A stretch of 64,000 bases of DNA from Octopus vulgaris (GCA_951406725.2 OX597821.1:30752001-30816000); one strand, 5' to 3'; shown: positions 1-14,150, numbered from the stretch's first letter. Numbers and translations: made by a program. Notes: a model not told the origin generated them from the letters alone.

Positions 1-164
1 GTAATATAATGATACAAAATATACCTTTTCCCAGTTTTAAACTAACTCTTGTGATTGATGCGTACAAACTAATGTGAATATACATTCATACCTGCAAAGA
101 ATAAATTCGATTCATACACTTACACGCAAACACGCACACAAACACCTATGTACTTGTACAAGGA

Positions 165-397
165 TCGCGGAGTAGATGAAACAGAGGCGGCTGAAGAAGG
201 GGAATGTTCCTTGTGTTGTATGTCTTGTACTCTATTTTTTCGTTAAGAAAAATGTCCATTTCCTTGGTTCTGTTTTTATGTTTTCGTTTCTCATTGTTCG
301 ACGTTTTTTTTGGTGTCCCGTACCCATATATGCATGTATAGATGTAGGTACCTACATATATGTATGTATATATGCATATATTTTATTTATTATTTTG

Positions 398-400
<3 letters not shown>
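165..400 (+). repeat. Unclassified dispersed repeat (family A), also at 48971-49190 and 49660-49850
   Basis: Shared block tgaagaaggggaat(g/a)ttcc...gtactctattttttcgtt...gttttcgtttctcattg...cccatatatgcatgtata at three loci. Confidence 0.75.
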
Positions 401-441
<41 letters not shown>

Positions 442-486
442 AAAGAATGGAGTTGAACGACGAATTAACAAAATTCCTTTATTTCA

Positions 487-569
487 TTTTCGACATATGT
501 TTCGAAGGCCGCATATTCCTAATTTCGAAGGAATAAGGGGTGCATTATGCCGCCTTCTCATCAGGAAAA
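487..569 (-). ncRNA. Type I hammerhead ribozyme motif in a PLE-like terminal repeat fragment (437-600)
   Basis: Minus strand reads TTTTC CTGATGA GAAGGC...GCCTTC GAAA CATATG TC GAAAA: intact core, stem I TTTTC/GAAAA, long stem II, palindromic stem III ACATATGT, GUC triplet. Confidence 0.8.
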
Positions 570-578
570 GTAAGGAAC

Positions 579-619
579 TTATGTCAGCATCAAGATGCAC
601 AGTGCATCTTGATGCTGAC

Positions 620-623
<4 letters not shown>
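579..623. repeat. Perfect 22-bp-arm palindrome
   Basis: ttatgtcagcatcaagatgcac-a-gtgcatcttgatgctgacataa. Confidence 0.95.
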
Positions 624-667
<44 letters not shown>

Positions 668-896
668 CACATTTATATATCTGCATAAATTATGTATACC
701 TATATACACACACATACATGTACAAGTACATATTCACATGTACACAAACGTACACACACACACACAAACACAAACATATGTATTGCTTTCTATCATAATG
801 TGGGCCATTATTACGTTCACCTGAACCTGCACACTAGATGGGTAAATTTTATTTGCTATTTAACTGTGACGAATAATTTTATTTAAAGGAACATTT

Positions 897-1290
897 CGGC
901 ATGCCTGGGTGGTAAGAACTTTACTTCTCTACCACATGCTCCCTGGTTCAGTTCCACTTCGTAACACATTGGGCATGGGTCTTCTATTAAAATCTCGCAC
1001 CAACCAAAGCATTGTGAGTCAATTTGTTTGAAGGAAACTGAAAGAAGCCCGTCATTCACTCACACACATATGTGTGTGAGTGTGTGTCTTTGTGCTTGTG
1101 CTTATTTCCACCACTACTTGACAACCGGTGTTTGTGTGTTTTCGAACCCGTAACGAAGTGGTTCGCCATAAAAGACCGAGGCAATAAGTACCAGGCTTAC
1201 AAAAACACGTTCTAGGCTACATTCTTTCGACTAAACTCTTCAATGTAGTGCTCCATCATGGCCGCAGTCATATGACTGAAACAAATAAAA
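897..1290 (+). mobile_element. Diverged CORE-type tRNA-derived SINE
   Basis: Aligns along its length to the copies at 18070 and 29696 (ggaaactgaaagaagcccgtc; catggccgcagtca..tgactgaaacaa). Confidence 0.8.
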
Positions 1291-1725
1291 TATTTATTGA
1301 CAGTGTGTGACTAAAATGCATATATATATAAAGAGAGAGAGAGAGAAAGAAAGAAAGAGAAAGATAAAGAGAGAGAGGGTGGGAGAGGGATATTTTACGA
1401 TTACGCAGATACCCGAATCATAAATTTTACTGTGACGAACGAAAAGAAGATTAAGAAGGTTATCTAAAATTTTACGGCATTCTAATATTATCATCCTCCT
1501 GTGGTGGTCCATGGTGAAATATTGAATCTAATAACTGATGATCTACACTTTGAAAACAAGCGTGAAATAGAGAGTAATTAAGCGAAATGAATTTTCAATT
1601 AGTGGATTCTGTGATATGTATTAAATTATGTTTTACACGTAATCATATGTAAATATGTGTGCTTGTAGGTGGGTATTACTTTACGTACTAGGTATATATA
1701 CACATTATATTCATATCTATGAGTA

Positions 1726-1779
<54 letters not shown>

Positions 1780-2060
1780 CACTTAGAGAACACAGGGGCA
1801 AAGCATTCGTCAGTACTCTGATAATTATCACTTTAAATTTACGCAGAAGTGTCTAATGAATGTAAGGTATTTCATAGTAATAATATACGGTGTATTAAAA
1901 ATTCATTGCTTTGGGGATCATAAGGAAGACTCAAGGGCGATTCACCTCCTTAATCAGCATTGAATAAAACACAGGTACTTGATTTGCTACGGACTAAACA
2001 AATGCTGACACCTCGCTGGAATAGTTATCAAACAGTGTTGATCAAAGGACGAAAGGAACG

Positions 2061-2486
2061 GGATCTTTTCGGTTTCAATGTCAGTTTTTCTAGCGGTGTC
2101 ATATGAAATTGTCACCCATAATTATGTATCGATCTATTGCATTTCAATCTCTTTTAGGGCTAGGTTTAGTTAGGGTTAGGGTTAGGGGTGGGGGGAAGGG
2201 TATCTTTTTTTCTTCACAAATGTAAATAAACCCTATCTGTTTCTTAAACGAGGGACATATTCATACGGCACATAATGTTTTTCTATCTCAATAGACGTCA
2301 CTGATTGGTTGAAATTGCAGAAATTGAAGAAAAAAACAACATATATCTTACAAACTATAGAATTTTCTCAATAAAGCCAAGAGAAAAAGATGTTTTATAA
2401 ACACATTCTACAAGTATACGAAGTTTAAAATTTTTTTAGTTACCTAAAAATTACGTTAAAAACTGCCGTTCAAACCGAAAAGATCC
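2061..2486 (+). mobile_element. Merlin-like MITE with internal (TTAGGG)n, copy 1
   Basis: TIR GGATCTTTTCGGTTT.../...AAACCGAAAAGATCC; 8-bp TSD aaggaacg/taggaacg (1 mismatch). Confidence 0.85.
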
Positions 2487-4446
2487 TAGGAACGAAACAG
2501 CCATATCAAATATCAGTAAGAATTGCGAACAAGTTGTATGAAATATCTTCAGAATTATTAAATTTGTATTGAATAATTTACTATACTGTTGATCATTGAT
2601 GAAAATGCTACATAGCTTTCGAAACGTTTTACTTTTTTAAATATACAAGGCTGAATGTTAAATAAGGCCGATGTATAAAATATTGAACTTGAGAATGATT
2701 TAAGATTGCTTTTGATTGCAAAATATTTAGAAGTAAGGAATTACACTTTAACAGCGATGGTAACATGAAATGTAAAACATTATTTTTTTTTATTTACTCC
2801 AAAATGAATGATCTGCGTTAATGTTTGAGAGCAGTTCAGCAGGTCTTGATGAGACATACTCAGTAGATCTGTTAACCAGCGTATTTCATGAGAATATTAC
2901 AATGCATTTACATTTTTCTAGAGAAAGATTTATGATATATTACTAGAGAAAGTAATATATCAAAGGGTAGTATTAGAACGTAAACCATTCAAACGCCTTT
3001 AATTATAGAGATTATTCAATGTTGCTAGGAGAAAAAGCAGATATATTTTTGCAGTTAATGTAAGTTGCAGACTCAGGTATGTTTATTTTACAACTTTTTG
3101 TTTAAAGTAATATTGTTAATGTTTACTTAGAAAGGGAGCGAGAAATTGATGATTACATGTTTGTTTGTGGGTACTGTGATTTCAGTAATGTGGAGTGTTA
3201 TAGATAGACACTATTTACATGACGGTCATATATTCTGAACGGTTGAGCGGCGATTTTTGTAGTATTAAATGATGGATGATATCCAAGTGCATGTTCGCGC
3301 TTATTGAGAGTTGATTAAATAAACCATACTTCTTGATTGAAACTTTAATTTAGCAGACCCTGAAGGATGAATTGACTTTCACAGCAGTTGAACTCATAAT
3401 GTTGAGACAAATACATTTTTCTATACTGCCAATATACCGCTTAAATTTTGTAATCTCTGTACAAAATGACACTGAGGTTTAAAAATGTGCAAATAGTTTG
3501 TACGTGTCTTGTCATAATAATTCGAAATGTTGGGAGAAAATTTGGAATGCTTCCATACGTAAGTGAAAAGTAAATGAAAGTAGTAAGATTTTATGTAATC
3601 TTAGAAAGAATAGCATAATGACAAACTAGAAATATAACCTTTTATCAAACCACTTAATAAAAGTCTAATACACATTCCATCTCCTATTTTATTAATACTA
3701 TATATGAATTTTAAATATTTACAGGCATTTCAGAAATAATAATTTGTATGCAAATCGAAATTCAATTTTAACTGGATAGATTCGGTAGACACTTGTGAAA
3801 CAGCCTATAAAATTTAGATTGTTTCTTTTGACAGGGTTTGTGCTGAAGGTGAAATACAATCAGCAGATTAAAGTGAAGATAAATAATAAGAATTAAAAAT
3901 GGATGCACATCTATCAAATGTAAGACATATTTTCATAAACAAATGTATTTTAAAATATTCTTTTATATAAATGGAAAACTTATTTAAGTAGTGCATGGCA
4001 AGGAAATCGCAAGTAAAAATACTCCGCATAAAGATATAATCAGAATATTCTTGACTTACAAGAAAATTTGACAAATGCAACATTAATGAAGGAAGGATAA
4101 ATACAAAAAGAATAAATAGCACTGATAAAGCAAAGTCGGTCAATTACACGTGACGAAACTAATAAAATTAGAAATTAGTAAAACTAGAAATTTGTATTTT
4201 ATATTTGAAATAAAAGTAAATGAATGATTGAATTATATGATACATTCTACAAAAAGTATTCTATTCTAGATACTTGAAGACAGTAGGTTAGAGATCGCTA
4301 ACTTGAAATAAGTAAATATACAAAATGGAAATTCTCTGCTAACGGTATGTATTATCTTCCAGGTACTATCTTCCAGTATATTAAGATAGTAACAAAACAG
4401 TCAGGTATTCTTGACCAAACGAAAGACACCTGATAATAAACATTTC

Positions 4447-4865
4447 AGATCTTTTCGGTTTGAACGGCAGTTTTTTCTAGAGGTGTCATATGAAATGGTC
4501 ACCCATAATTATGACCCTAGTATCGATCTATTGCATTTCAATCTGTTTTAGGGTTAGGGTTAGGGTTAGGGGTGGGGGAAAGGTATCTGTTTTCTTCACA
4601 AATGTAAATAAACTCAATCTGTTTCTTAAACGAGGGACATATTCATACGGCACAGAAGGATTTTTACCTCAATGGACGTCACTGATTGGTTGAAATTGCA
4701 GAAATTGAAGAAAACACAACAACTATCTTACAAACTATAGAATTTTCTCAATAAAGCCAAGAGAAAAAGATGTTTTATAAACACATTCTACCAGTATATG
4801 AAGTTTAACATTTTTTAGTTACCTAGAAATTATGTTAAAAACTGCCGTTCAAAACGAAAAGATCC
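4447..4865 (+). mobile_element. Merlin-like MITE with (TTAGGG)n, copy 2
   Basis: Same TIRs; perfect 8-bp TSD aacatttc. Confidence 0.9.
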
Positions 4866-6392
4866 AACATTTCATTGTACTACAGTATTAAAGCAATAGA
4901 GTGTCAAAGAATATGAAAAATATAATGTGATTACACATAGAATGTCATAGTAAACTGTAATAAGACGACAGATATCATATCGAAATATATCGAGTACTGA
5001 TTACTGAACTTCCAACTACGAAACTTGTGCTAAAATCCGTATCTCAGAATTCCTCATTATATAGAAAGAATTAATATTTGATTGATGGTACTTTAAAATT
5101 TGCCGAATTATTGTGCTGCAATATAACAAAGGAAGCAACAGATTCAGGCAGGTAGGATGGTTACGACAGTTTCGCTTAATATTCTAAGTTATATCCAGTT
5201 AAGATATTCTAAGATAAACGAATATTACTACAGGACTTTAAAAGAGGGGAGACAACCGTCCGCAAACGTCACGAAGCAGGTTTAGAAATTTGAATTCCTT
5301 CTTTCATTTTAATCGAAATATTGATATAGAATAAACTGAATTTTTAATTTAATATCTTGGTACATCTAGTCGAAATTTCAGGTAACGTTCTATGTATGAG
5401 TATTGCAGTGTGTTGTTAATTAAATATAATTCGCAAATAATGATTAGAAGATTAAAGGTGACGTGTTTGCAGAATTGTTAGAGCATCGGGAAATATGCCG
5501 TGGTATATCTTCCGACACTTCGAATCCTACCTTGGTTAAATTTCGCCTTTCGTTCTTTTCGGGATCAATAAATTTATGTACCGGTCAAGTATTGATGTCA
5601 ATGGGTTTATGCTTAAATCGGATAATAATTATTTGAAGACTCGCATTTGACAGTGATCCTTTGAGAACAGTATATTTTGTGCCAAATCCCTCCCACTCAA
5701 CTTCCCACTAAAATTCACCTGGAGTAGCTTCTTGATCCTAGGACGAATCAACAGTCTAGAGAGTCGAACGATGCATGGTCAGATTAGCGGAAAATATTGA
5801 TATTTCATTTTAATTCGAAATGCTTCCTCTTACCCTCGTGATTTAGCAGCAAACCGCTGAAATTTTTGTGTCTCATTTCATTACATTTTCCTCTTTTTAC
5901 TTCTCCGTTTCATCGTAATTCATAAAACGGACAAACCTGAGGTCGAAAATTTCAAAGTGACAATAAAGTAAAATTTCTGCTGTATTAAATTTAAATAGTT
6001 ACGCCTTTGTAATCGATTCAATGTAAGCGATACAATTCTTCAAAATAACCCTCAAAAACCACTCGAAAAATAGATATGCAAACTTACATATATGCAGATG
6101 TGCATGCATAATTTGCGAGTGTGTGTGTATGTGACTACATATTCAGGAACACACACAAACGCAGACATATTTCAAATAATTATGCATATTCCTTAAGTCG
6201 GCATAGCTCTAAGCGTTTGAAATTCTCTTTCGCATTTTTCCTTCATGTGATTGTGTCCCACACAATCAATCCCCTACTAATAATAATCGGTTTCCTTTGC
6301 CAAGCTTAATTAGAAAACGATAAACGTTTTTAATTGCCTAAATATCTGGGTTTATTTTTTTTCTCGGAAGAACAGACAACACAGGTTTAACC

Positions 6393-6650
6393 AAGATCAA
6401 TAACACTGATCATAGAGTGTTCTTTTAGATCGATAAAGAGATCGAAGGGTAGAATAATTGCATCAATAGTAAAGATCACAGTATCCCATTAGATCTAACT
6501 TCAAATATTAGAGAGGTGTCCTGTCCCGATCAATAGCAAATATAATCAAACAGTGAAGTCGTGTCAAATCAATAACGAAGATCACAGAGTATCCCATTGG
6601 ATTAATAATGGAGATTATAGTCTATATAGTCGGATCAATATCTGAGTATT
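6393..6650 (+). repeat. Degenerate ~33-bp minisatellite
   Basis: Recurrent gatcaataN...gatcacagagtatcccatt-like units. Confidence 0.5.
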
Positions 6651-8948
6651 ATTGTTGAGTTCCGCGCCAGAACATTGTATGGTATTAGAGCGGTCAAAGG
6701 CAGAGTAACCAGTATTTTATTTGCTCCACCTTAAACATCAATATGAACATTTGTGTCCAATAATTCAATGAAATGAAGAATATGTTGATAAAAATAAACG
6801 AACGATGAGAAATCAGATATGATACAGATCATATTTCAAAAGTATATGAAGCCATAATCTTCTGTCAGTTATTTCACTTTGTAATAAAAAAAATCGTTAT
6901 AATTACATCTCGTAAAAAAAATTAAATTTCAGTTTCATTAACGTGGAATGATATGCTGCCTTCTATGTTGAAAGGGAATGTGGACAAAATATTTGTTTCT
7001 GTTTGTATATGTGGTGGTTCTTAAATCAATTTGTGTGAAAGGAAAAAAAAGACTTTGTATAGTTTATAATTATATTATCCCTTCTGCTGAGGTTTTATGT
7101 CAGATTCAAAGGAGCGAGAGCAGGTATTGTAATGTAATTGATTGCTTCGTATCGTAGGGAGATGTTTACGGCCGAAAATGAGTAAACATTACCGCATGTA
7201 GCAGTAATAATTTTATGTTTATGCTATACTTAATGCGCTAATGATACTGAAATATTTTACGCAATCGAAATCATTGATTAAGCATGAAATAAATGTCATA
7301 TGATGTTAGCAAATTTGTTAGAGTAGCGAAACGCAATCGTAAGGGATAACTCGCTCGTATTCTGGATCCGGCACTCCAAGTTATGCTTAGCATAAGCATT
7401 TACTTATTAAAAGCTGTTGTAGGGTTAACTTGTCAAAAGCACACATGATAGCATGTTGCTCTATGTAATAGGACAAGATTGATTTAGCATTGAATCGGTC
7501 ACCTTAAAGCGCTCAGATCAATTGCTTGCTCTCTTTAGAAACTATCGGCTTATCCCATCTTTCTCATCAATCCTACAATAACGAACGATAAGCGGTAGAC
7601 AAACTGCATCGCATTGATTTGAGAACAATGACACAGAATGAGAAGAAACTAACAGCATTATTGAAACATATTATGCATTACACATTATAACAAATGAAAT
7701 GCAGATATATTTATTTGAGGTCTTAGTTGAAATATATTCTCTTCAGCACTGACCTACAACGAAGTTACAACTCAATCACATACGATCTCAGTGGCAATGG
7801 AACTCAGAATTCTCAAAGCCGGAAGAAATGCCGATAATCCTATCGTCCAGCATGCTAACCATTCAACAATCTGTCCGCCTTCCTGGAGAAATATTAATAT
7901 TGATTCTAATATCACTGTATGAAATGATTCTTCATGAATTCTCAGAAACTTGTTACAAATACATCTCAGTTGACATAATGTTGACTTACTAGTTTCAAAA
8001 CTTTGATTCACAAGAAATTTCCCGAGGAAGCTAATTCCATATAGTCCTAAGTAATTCAGCACAGCCACTTTAAGATTATGTAAAGCCAAATAAATAAATA
8101 AATAAATAAACTAGTTAAATCGCAATTTCTATTGTTGAAAAGAGTTATTAACAGTGGCAAGCTAACTTTTAATATTACTCCTTCGTGTATTACGCCGCTT
8201 TCGAATTGTCTTTCATCTTTTGGTGTCTATCAGACGCACAGAATAATACAATTAGTTTCAAATATTGCCACAAGACTACCCATTTCATGGAAGGGTTAAA
8301 GTCGAGTGCATCGATCCCAGTACTCAACTCGTACTTGTTTTAGAAGCATCTTGTATTTCCAGTAGCCTTACATTAACTTCAAATTGTTTGTTCTAATACT
8401 TGCACAAATTCTTGACATCACTAAGATATATTTTTTTCAATATTTCATCATTTTGATAAGTATTGTTTTTGTTGGAATCATTTAGTCCAAAGTTATAATA
8501 CAAGTAGACTTGTTAATATAGGAGAAAAATTTATCTCATGACTATAAATATTATTGAATTGGAATGCCGAAATGCGAGACCACAAATTACTCTGGCAATA
8601 ATTGAAAGAGAAATAAACGCGTTATGTACATTAGAAAGAAGTTTACTAAACAGTTAATGCACGTTTTCAACAGCATGTCTAATTTAATCGGATTAAATGG
8701 CCACATATATGGTTCATATATTATGGTCGTGTTAGAGAAATTACAAGCGATATGCACTCTTTCAAAGTTCTGCATACACACACGCACACACACACACGCA
8801 CACATACACACACACATGTAAAAATTACTTCTATGGATCAGAAAAGTGACTGGTGTAAAATAAGTAAACCGTTCGAAACCCATTCCTGAGAGGAAATCTT
8901 GAAAAGCAATAGCATTATAAAGTCATATAATAATATTTAAACTATGTT

Positions 8949-9180
8949 AAGGCGGCGCGCTGGCAGAAAGGTTAGCACGTCGGACGAAATGCGTAGCCGT
9001 ATTTCGTCTGCCGTTACGTTCTGAGTTCAAATTCCGCCGAGGTCGACTTTGCCTTTCATCCTTTCGGGATCGATAAATTAAGTACCAGTTACGCACTGGG
9101 GTCGAGTTAATCGACTTAATCCGTTTGTGTGTCCTTGATTGTCCCCTCTGTGTTTAGCCCATTGTGGGTAGTAAAGAAAC
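8949..9180 (+). mobile_element. MetaSINE-type SINE
   Basis: Head ggcggcg..ctggcagaa, B-box-like gagttcaaattcc, central gcctttcatcctttcggg.tcgataaattaagtacca (Meta-domain-like); the flank aatatttaaactatg is duplicated on both sides (TSD). Confidence 0.85.
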
Positions 9181-9520
9181 AAATATTTAAACTATGCTTG
9201 TAATCGTTTAATGTCGTACATCATATTACTTGCTAGCTCCTGCACAACACTTACCATAATACTCTTAAGAAACTCAATATTTATCTCATTTATTTGGAGA
9301 CTAATTTAGTGTAATTTCGCTTATGTTGGTAATATTTATGCAGCTTTCTATACATTAGAAACGTTGAAGTAATTTATTTTCGATTTTGTTTGAGGAGCCC
9401 AAAATCATATGATTGATTTGAGGGCAAAAGATAGATCGTACCATTTGACTACCATGTTCTGAGGCTGATGATTAAAAGGCGTTTGAAGTATTGCACCAGT
9501 AATATCAACGCATATATTTT

Positions 9521-9576
9521 GTGATAACGGTAACGATGACGATTACCATGATGATGATGTTGATGATGACGATGAC

Positions 9577-9618
<42 letters not shown>

Positions 9619-9787
9619 AGTGGTGGTGGTGGTGGTGATGGTGGTGAGGATGATGATGATGATGATCAGGATGATGATGATGATGATCATGATGATGATC
9701 ATGATGATGATCATGATGATCATGATCAAGATGATGATGATGACGATGATGATGATGATGATGACGATGATGAAGATAATGATGATA

Positions 9788-9819
<32 letters not shown>

Positions 9820-10085
9820 GGTGATGGTGGTGAGGATGATGATGATGATGATCAGGATGATCATGATGATGATCATGATGATCATGATCATGATGATCAT
9901 GATCATGATGATCATGATGACGATGATGAAGATGATGATGATAATAATGATGATGGTGGTGATGGCGGTGGTGAGGATAATGAAGATGATAATGATGATC
10001 ATGATCATGACGATGATGATTATGATCATGATCATGATGATCATGTTCATGATGATTATGATGATGGTGATTATGATGGTGCTGT
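9521..10085. repeat. Compound (GAT)n/(GGT)n/(GATCAT)n trinucleotide array
   Basis: Directly visible; source of the poly-Met/poly-Ile ORFs. Confidence 0.95.
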
Positions 10086-10586
10086 AAATGGTGGTGCCCT
10101 GTTCTGATATAGATACAATTCTTGCAATTTTGAAGTGAGGCGTCAAGTCCAAACCATTGACATCAGAACATTTGACTACTACTTCACGGACGCCAGGAAG
10201 GCAAAGACAAAATTGAACTCGGCAGGATTTCAGCTCTGAATTTAATGTGCAGCAGCAGGCGTCTTAAGGCACTTTTATTCCCATGCTGTAACGATCCCGT
10301 TAACTGAACGGTTTTTTTAACGACAATAACAACAACAAAAGCGACAAAATCTGAAATTTGAGTGAAGAGTTAGTCAATTACACCGGCCTCAATGTGTGAC
10401 TGGTACTTATTTTATACACCCTGAAATGTTCATAGGCAATGTCGATCTCTGTATTATTTGAACTGAGAACGGAAAGAATCGGATGAAATGCTAAACATTT
10501 TGTCCGGTAAACTACTCAGTGTTGGTATGACAGAATGCTAAAAGAACTTCATAATGAACCTGGGGTGTCTGGGCTTTAATACATAC

Positions 10587-10619
<33 letters not shown>

Positions 10620-10854
10620 CGTGTGTGTATTAAAGAGTCATTGTTTCGTTTCCTTGTCTTTTGTCATCACACACATGCTAATCTTGTAACTTACAAATGT
10701 CCACATCGGCTAAAAGCTAGAAATAATTTGAAGTTTTTAAAGATATTTGCAAAATCTGAACTGGAGATAGATTTACCGGTTAATCCATTAAATTTTGGTT
10801 GCATTGATTATCAGATGGAGTTTCGTGTATTGAAACGTGCAACTTTGAGCATGC

Positions 10855-10888
<34 letters not shown>

Positions 10889-12439
10889 GGGGAGGGAAGG
10901 AGAGAGGGGGAAACGGACAGACAGGCAGACAGACAGAAACAAAGATAGACAGACAGCCAGAGAAGGAAGCATCTTTTGAGGGAGTAAAGTTAATGGGAGA
11001 ATAGATTTAAGATCCGATGACAATGGATACAATATCAAGCAATAGAGGAACTCGATGTTATGCATACAGAAATACAGGAACAATGAAAACAATGATTTCA
11101 AAGAGATTAATATTTGTATTGAAGTCTAAATTTAATTCATAGAATCTGAGGAATACGAGCAACGCATGGACACTTGATGCTATGCGCTATAGTGCAGGTA
11201 TATGGGACTGGACAGCAATTGAAATAGAGACAATAGACAGATGAAGGAGAAAAGCCTAACTAGATATGGAACACTTCTTCCAAATGTAAATATCTCCTAG
11301 TTACAGAGGAAACGGAAGATTGGACCGAGATGTCTTATCCGGGTTTCTTAATTGAGCGATATAGTACAAAGTCGAATAAGCCACTTCCTTGTAATAAGAT
11401 GGTCAGATATATTGGATTTATGTCTGTAGAGCTTGGAAAAAGGAAATGATACAAATCAGAATAATTTGTGAAAAGAAGTGCAACAAAAATGCCAGTTACG
11501 ATGAAAATTCCAGACAGAGTAAGGCAGTGAAAACGGTGACTCATTTTCGAAGTTGCCTTACAGTGGAAACCGAAAGACAATAACTGAATATTTGTCACTG
11601 GCTGCCGAAGATCAAGCTCCAAAATTATTTTAGTGGAAAATATATTTATTTCGCTACATCAAAAATTAGTATTGCTTCTGTAATCAGCCAATGGAAAACA
11701 TTGTACATATTTTAGCAAGCTACAAGAAATTTGTACAGAAATAATGTAAGAATTTAAAAAATAATGTTTCACATAATTTACATCGGTTACTTTGCATTAA
11801 ATAAAACACGTATTAAGCAGGACTGTAAATAAGCGGGGTAAATAAAATATTATGTGATTTTGTAATCTAGATTGATAGAATAAATATATATCGCAGACCA
11901 AGCATCATTACACGTGTAATTAAAAACTGAATGCCTTCACTGGGGGGGGGGTCGTAATTATTTCATTCAAAAACATTGCAGATGAGGAATTAGAAAAATC
12001 CTGAAGGTATGAAAAATGGCGGGATAAATTGTTGTAAAAGTGAAGCTAATAACAATTATCATCGGATAATTGTGTTCATCCTTAACTCATAGAGAAAGAC
12101 TATCAAACCACTTAGAACAGTTGAAGTTAATGACATAGAAGGCTACAGTCCAAAAGTCTACTCTCTTTCGAAAATCACATATTCCTAGAAAATTACTTTC
12201 CATCTGACAGTTAACTTACAGAAGGAACTTGTACATTATAACCATATTACGCAACGAAATCCCACAATAGTCATAATAATACGGAAAATTATCGTTATGT
12301 TAAGGTGGAGTAAATGAAATCAAAATCATGAACATCTCTTTGTCTAGTGTTCGAAGTGATATCAAGATTCTACTAACGCGACAAAAGAGCACTGTTATCA
12401 TTTTTACCATTAATAGTTGCATCAAAATAATGATGTGCG

Positions 12440-12644
12440 TCCTCCTCTCTCTTATCAACATCATTACCATCGTCATAGTCGTCAACAGAATCACTATTAG
12501 CCTCTTCCTCATCGACACCATCGCGTTGGCCGTCATCATCCTCATCAACATCTTCATTAGCGCCGCCAACACATTCATCCATGTCGTAGTCACCGTCGAC
12601 CCCGCTATGATCACCACTTCCACCACCGTCACCATCACCATCAC

Positions 12645-12695
<51 letters not shown>

Positions 12696-12885
12696 TATCA
12701 TCATAATCATCATCATCATCCTCACCATCATAATCATCATCACCATCATCATCATCATCATCATCACAATCCTCATCATCATCATCACCATCCCCATCAC
12801 CATCATCACTATCACCATCACCACCACCATCATCACCATCACCATCATCATCATCATCATTATCATCATCATCATCATCACTATA
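12440..12885. repeat. (CAT)n/(CAC)n trinucleotide array with a decayed left part
   Basis: Directly visible. Confidence 0.9.
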
Positions 12886-13296
12886 AATGTTTCGTTGTTG
12901 GTAATGATTTTATATCATATTTTTTAAAGTTTTTTTTTTCTTTTCGCCATGATACTCTTTTATTTAGAGACCGCCAATTATGTCCTGAACAGAAATATCT
13001 TAAAACATTATATCTGTTAGCCATTACAACCAGCATCGTCAGAATCCTACATTTGTTTTTGTTTTTTTCTCTAAAAGTTATATCCACTCGTCATTTTTTT
13101 TTCCTGATCATGGTCATTAAGGAGAGCATCAACATCCTTTAATAACCATTTCCTAAATATCACAAACACTATTACAGTTCTTAGTTTCCTAATCACCATT
13201 GCCGTCATCGTGATGTGTCGTCACTACATTCACAATTACCATATCTGAAACATCACCGTCAACGGACTTTTACATGATTATCGCTAGATGCATTAA

Positions 13297-13555
13297 AAAC
13301 AACAACAACAACAACAACAACAGCAGCAGCAGCAGCAGCAACAAGAACAACAATAAAATATCATCACTTTCACTCTACCATCACCATATTACTCCGTCTA
13401 CTCCACGACCGCCTCCATCACCAAGACTACGATCAAGACCTCCGCAAGACCGTCACCGTCAACGCAAAATAATATTAATACTATCACTTCCCTTACCATC
13501 ACAGTCACCATCAGCAGCAGCAGCACCATCATCATCATCATCATCATCATCATCT

Positions 13556-13588
<33 letters not shown>

Positions 13589-13660
13589 GTCGTCGTCGTC
13601 GTCGTCGTTGTCGTTGTAATCATCGTCATCATCGTTATCGTCGTCGTCCTCATAATCATC
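13297..13660. repeat. Mixed (AAC)n/(CAG)n/(CAT)n/(CGT)n low-complexity region
   Basis: Directly visible. Confidence 0.85.
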
Positions 13661-13848
13661 GCCTTCGCTATATTTGATCATTTGAGTCTCGTATGCACTG
13701 AAAATTTTTTTTTTTATATTTTCAATAACCTTAAATTTTAACTGCAAAACGAATTTTATTTTTCTGTTACAATTTTTAGTCGCCTACATTCTGTTTCACA
13801 CCGATATTATTTGCCTTAATAAAACATAGCAGAACAGCAAAAAAAATC

Positions 13849-13884
<36 letters not shown>

Positions 13885-13887
<3 letters not shown>

Positions 13888-14085
13888 GAATCGTTAGCTC
13901 AACGAGCGAATTACTAAGCGGTATTTTGTTTGCCGCTACGTTGTGACTTCAAATCCTGCAGAACTTGCCTTTCATCCTTTCGGGGATCGAGAAATTAAGT
14001 TGCAGTGTAACACTGGGGTCTATGTAATCGACTAGTCCTCGACCGCAACTTTTTGGCCTTGTACCTGTAGTTGGAAGGATTGTTA
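13885..14085 (+). mobile_element. Diverged MetaSINE-type copy
   Basis: gcctttcatcctttcgggg..cactggggtc..taatcgact. Confidence 0.7.
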
Positions 14086-14092
14086 TTATTAC

Positions 14093-14150
<58 letters not shown>

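Noticed and set aside
190-230. Hammerhead in family A (CTGAAGAAGGGGAAT...)
   Set aside because: No GAAA and NUH at suitable positions after a stem II in any of the three copies.
2150-2200. True telomere or chromosome-fusion scar
   Set aside because: Only a few TTAGGG units, always at the same internal position of a MITE.
2920-3870. Possible plus-strand exons (ctcag|gtatgt at 3076; ttttgacag| at 3834)
   Set aside because: Splice-like motifs only; frames are short and there is no homology I can recognise.
6393-6650. Possible CRISPR-like repeat-spacer array
   Set aside because: Repeats are degenerate, the spacers resemble one another, there are no cas genes, and the context is eukaryotic.
7747-8110. 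Plus-strand terminal exon after ttctcttcag with AATAAA runs
   Set aside because: No recognisable peptide in any frame; the AATAAA signals are part of an (AAAT)n microsatellite.
9505-10152. Long poly-Met/poly-Ile ORFs (also 12300-12927, 19967-20436 and all YIYI/CVCV ORFs)
   Set aside because: Translations of stop-free simple repeats with no protein-like composition.
12373-12582. Acidic protein ORF (MDECVGGANEDVDEDDD...)
   Set aside because: Decayed edge of the adjacent (CAT)n array.
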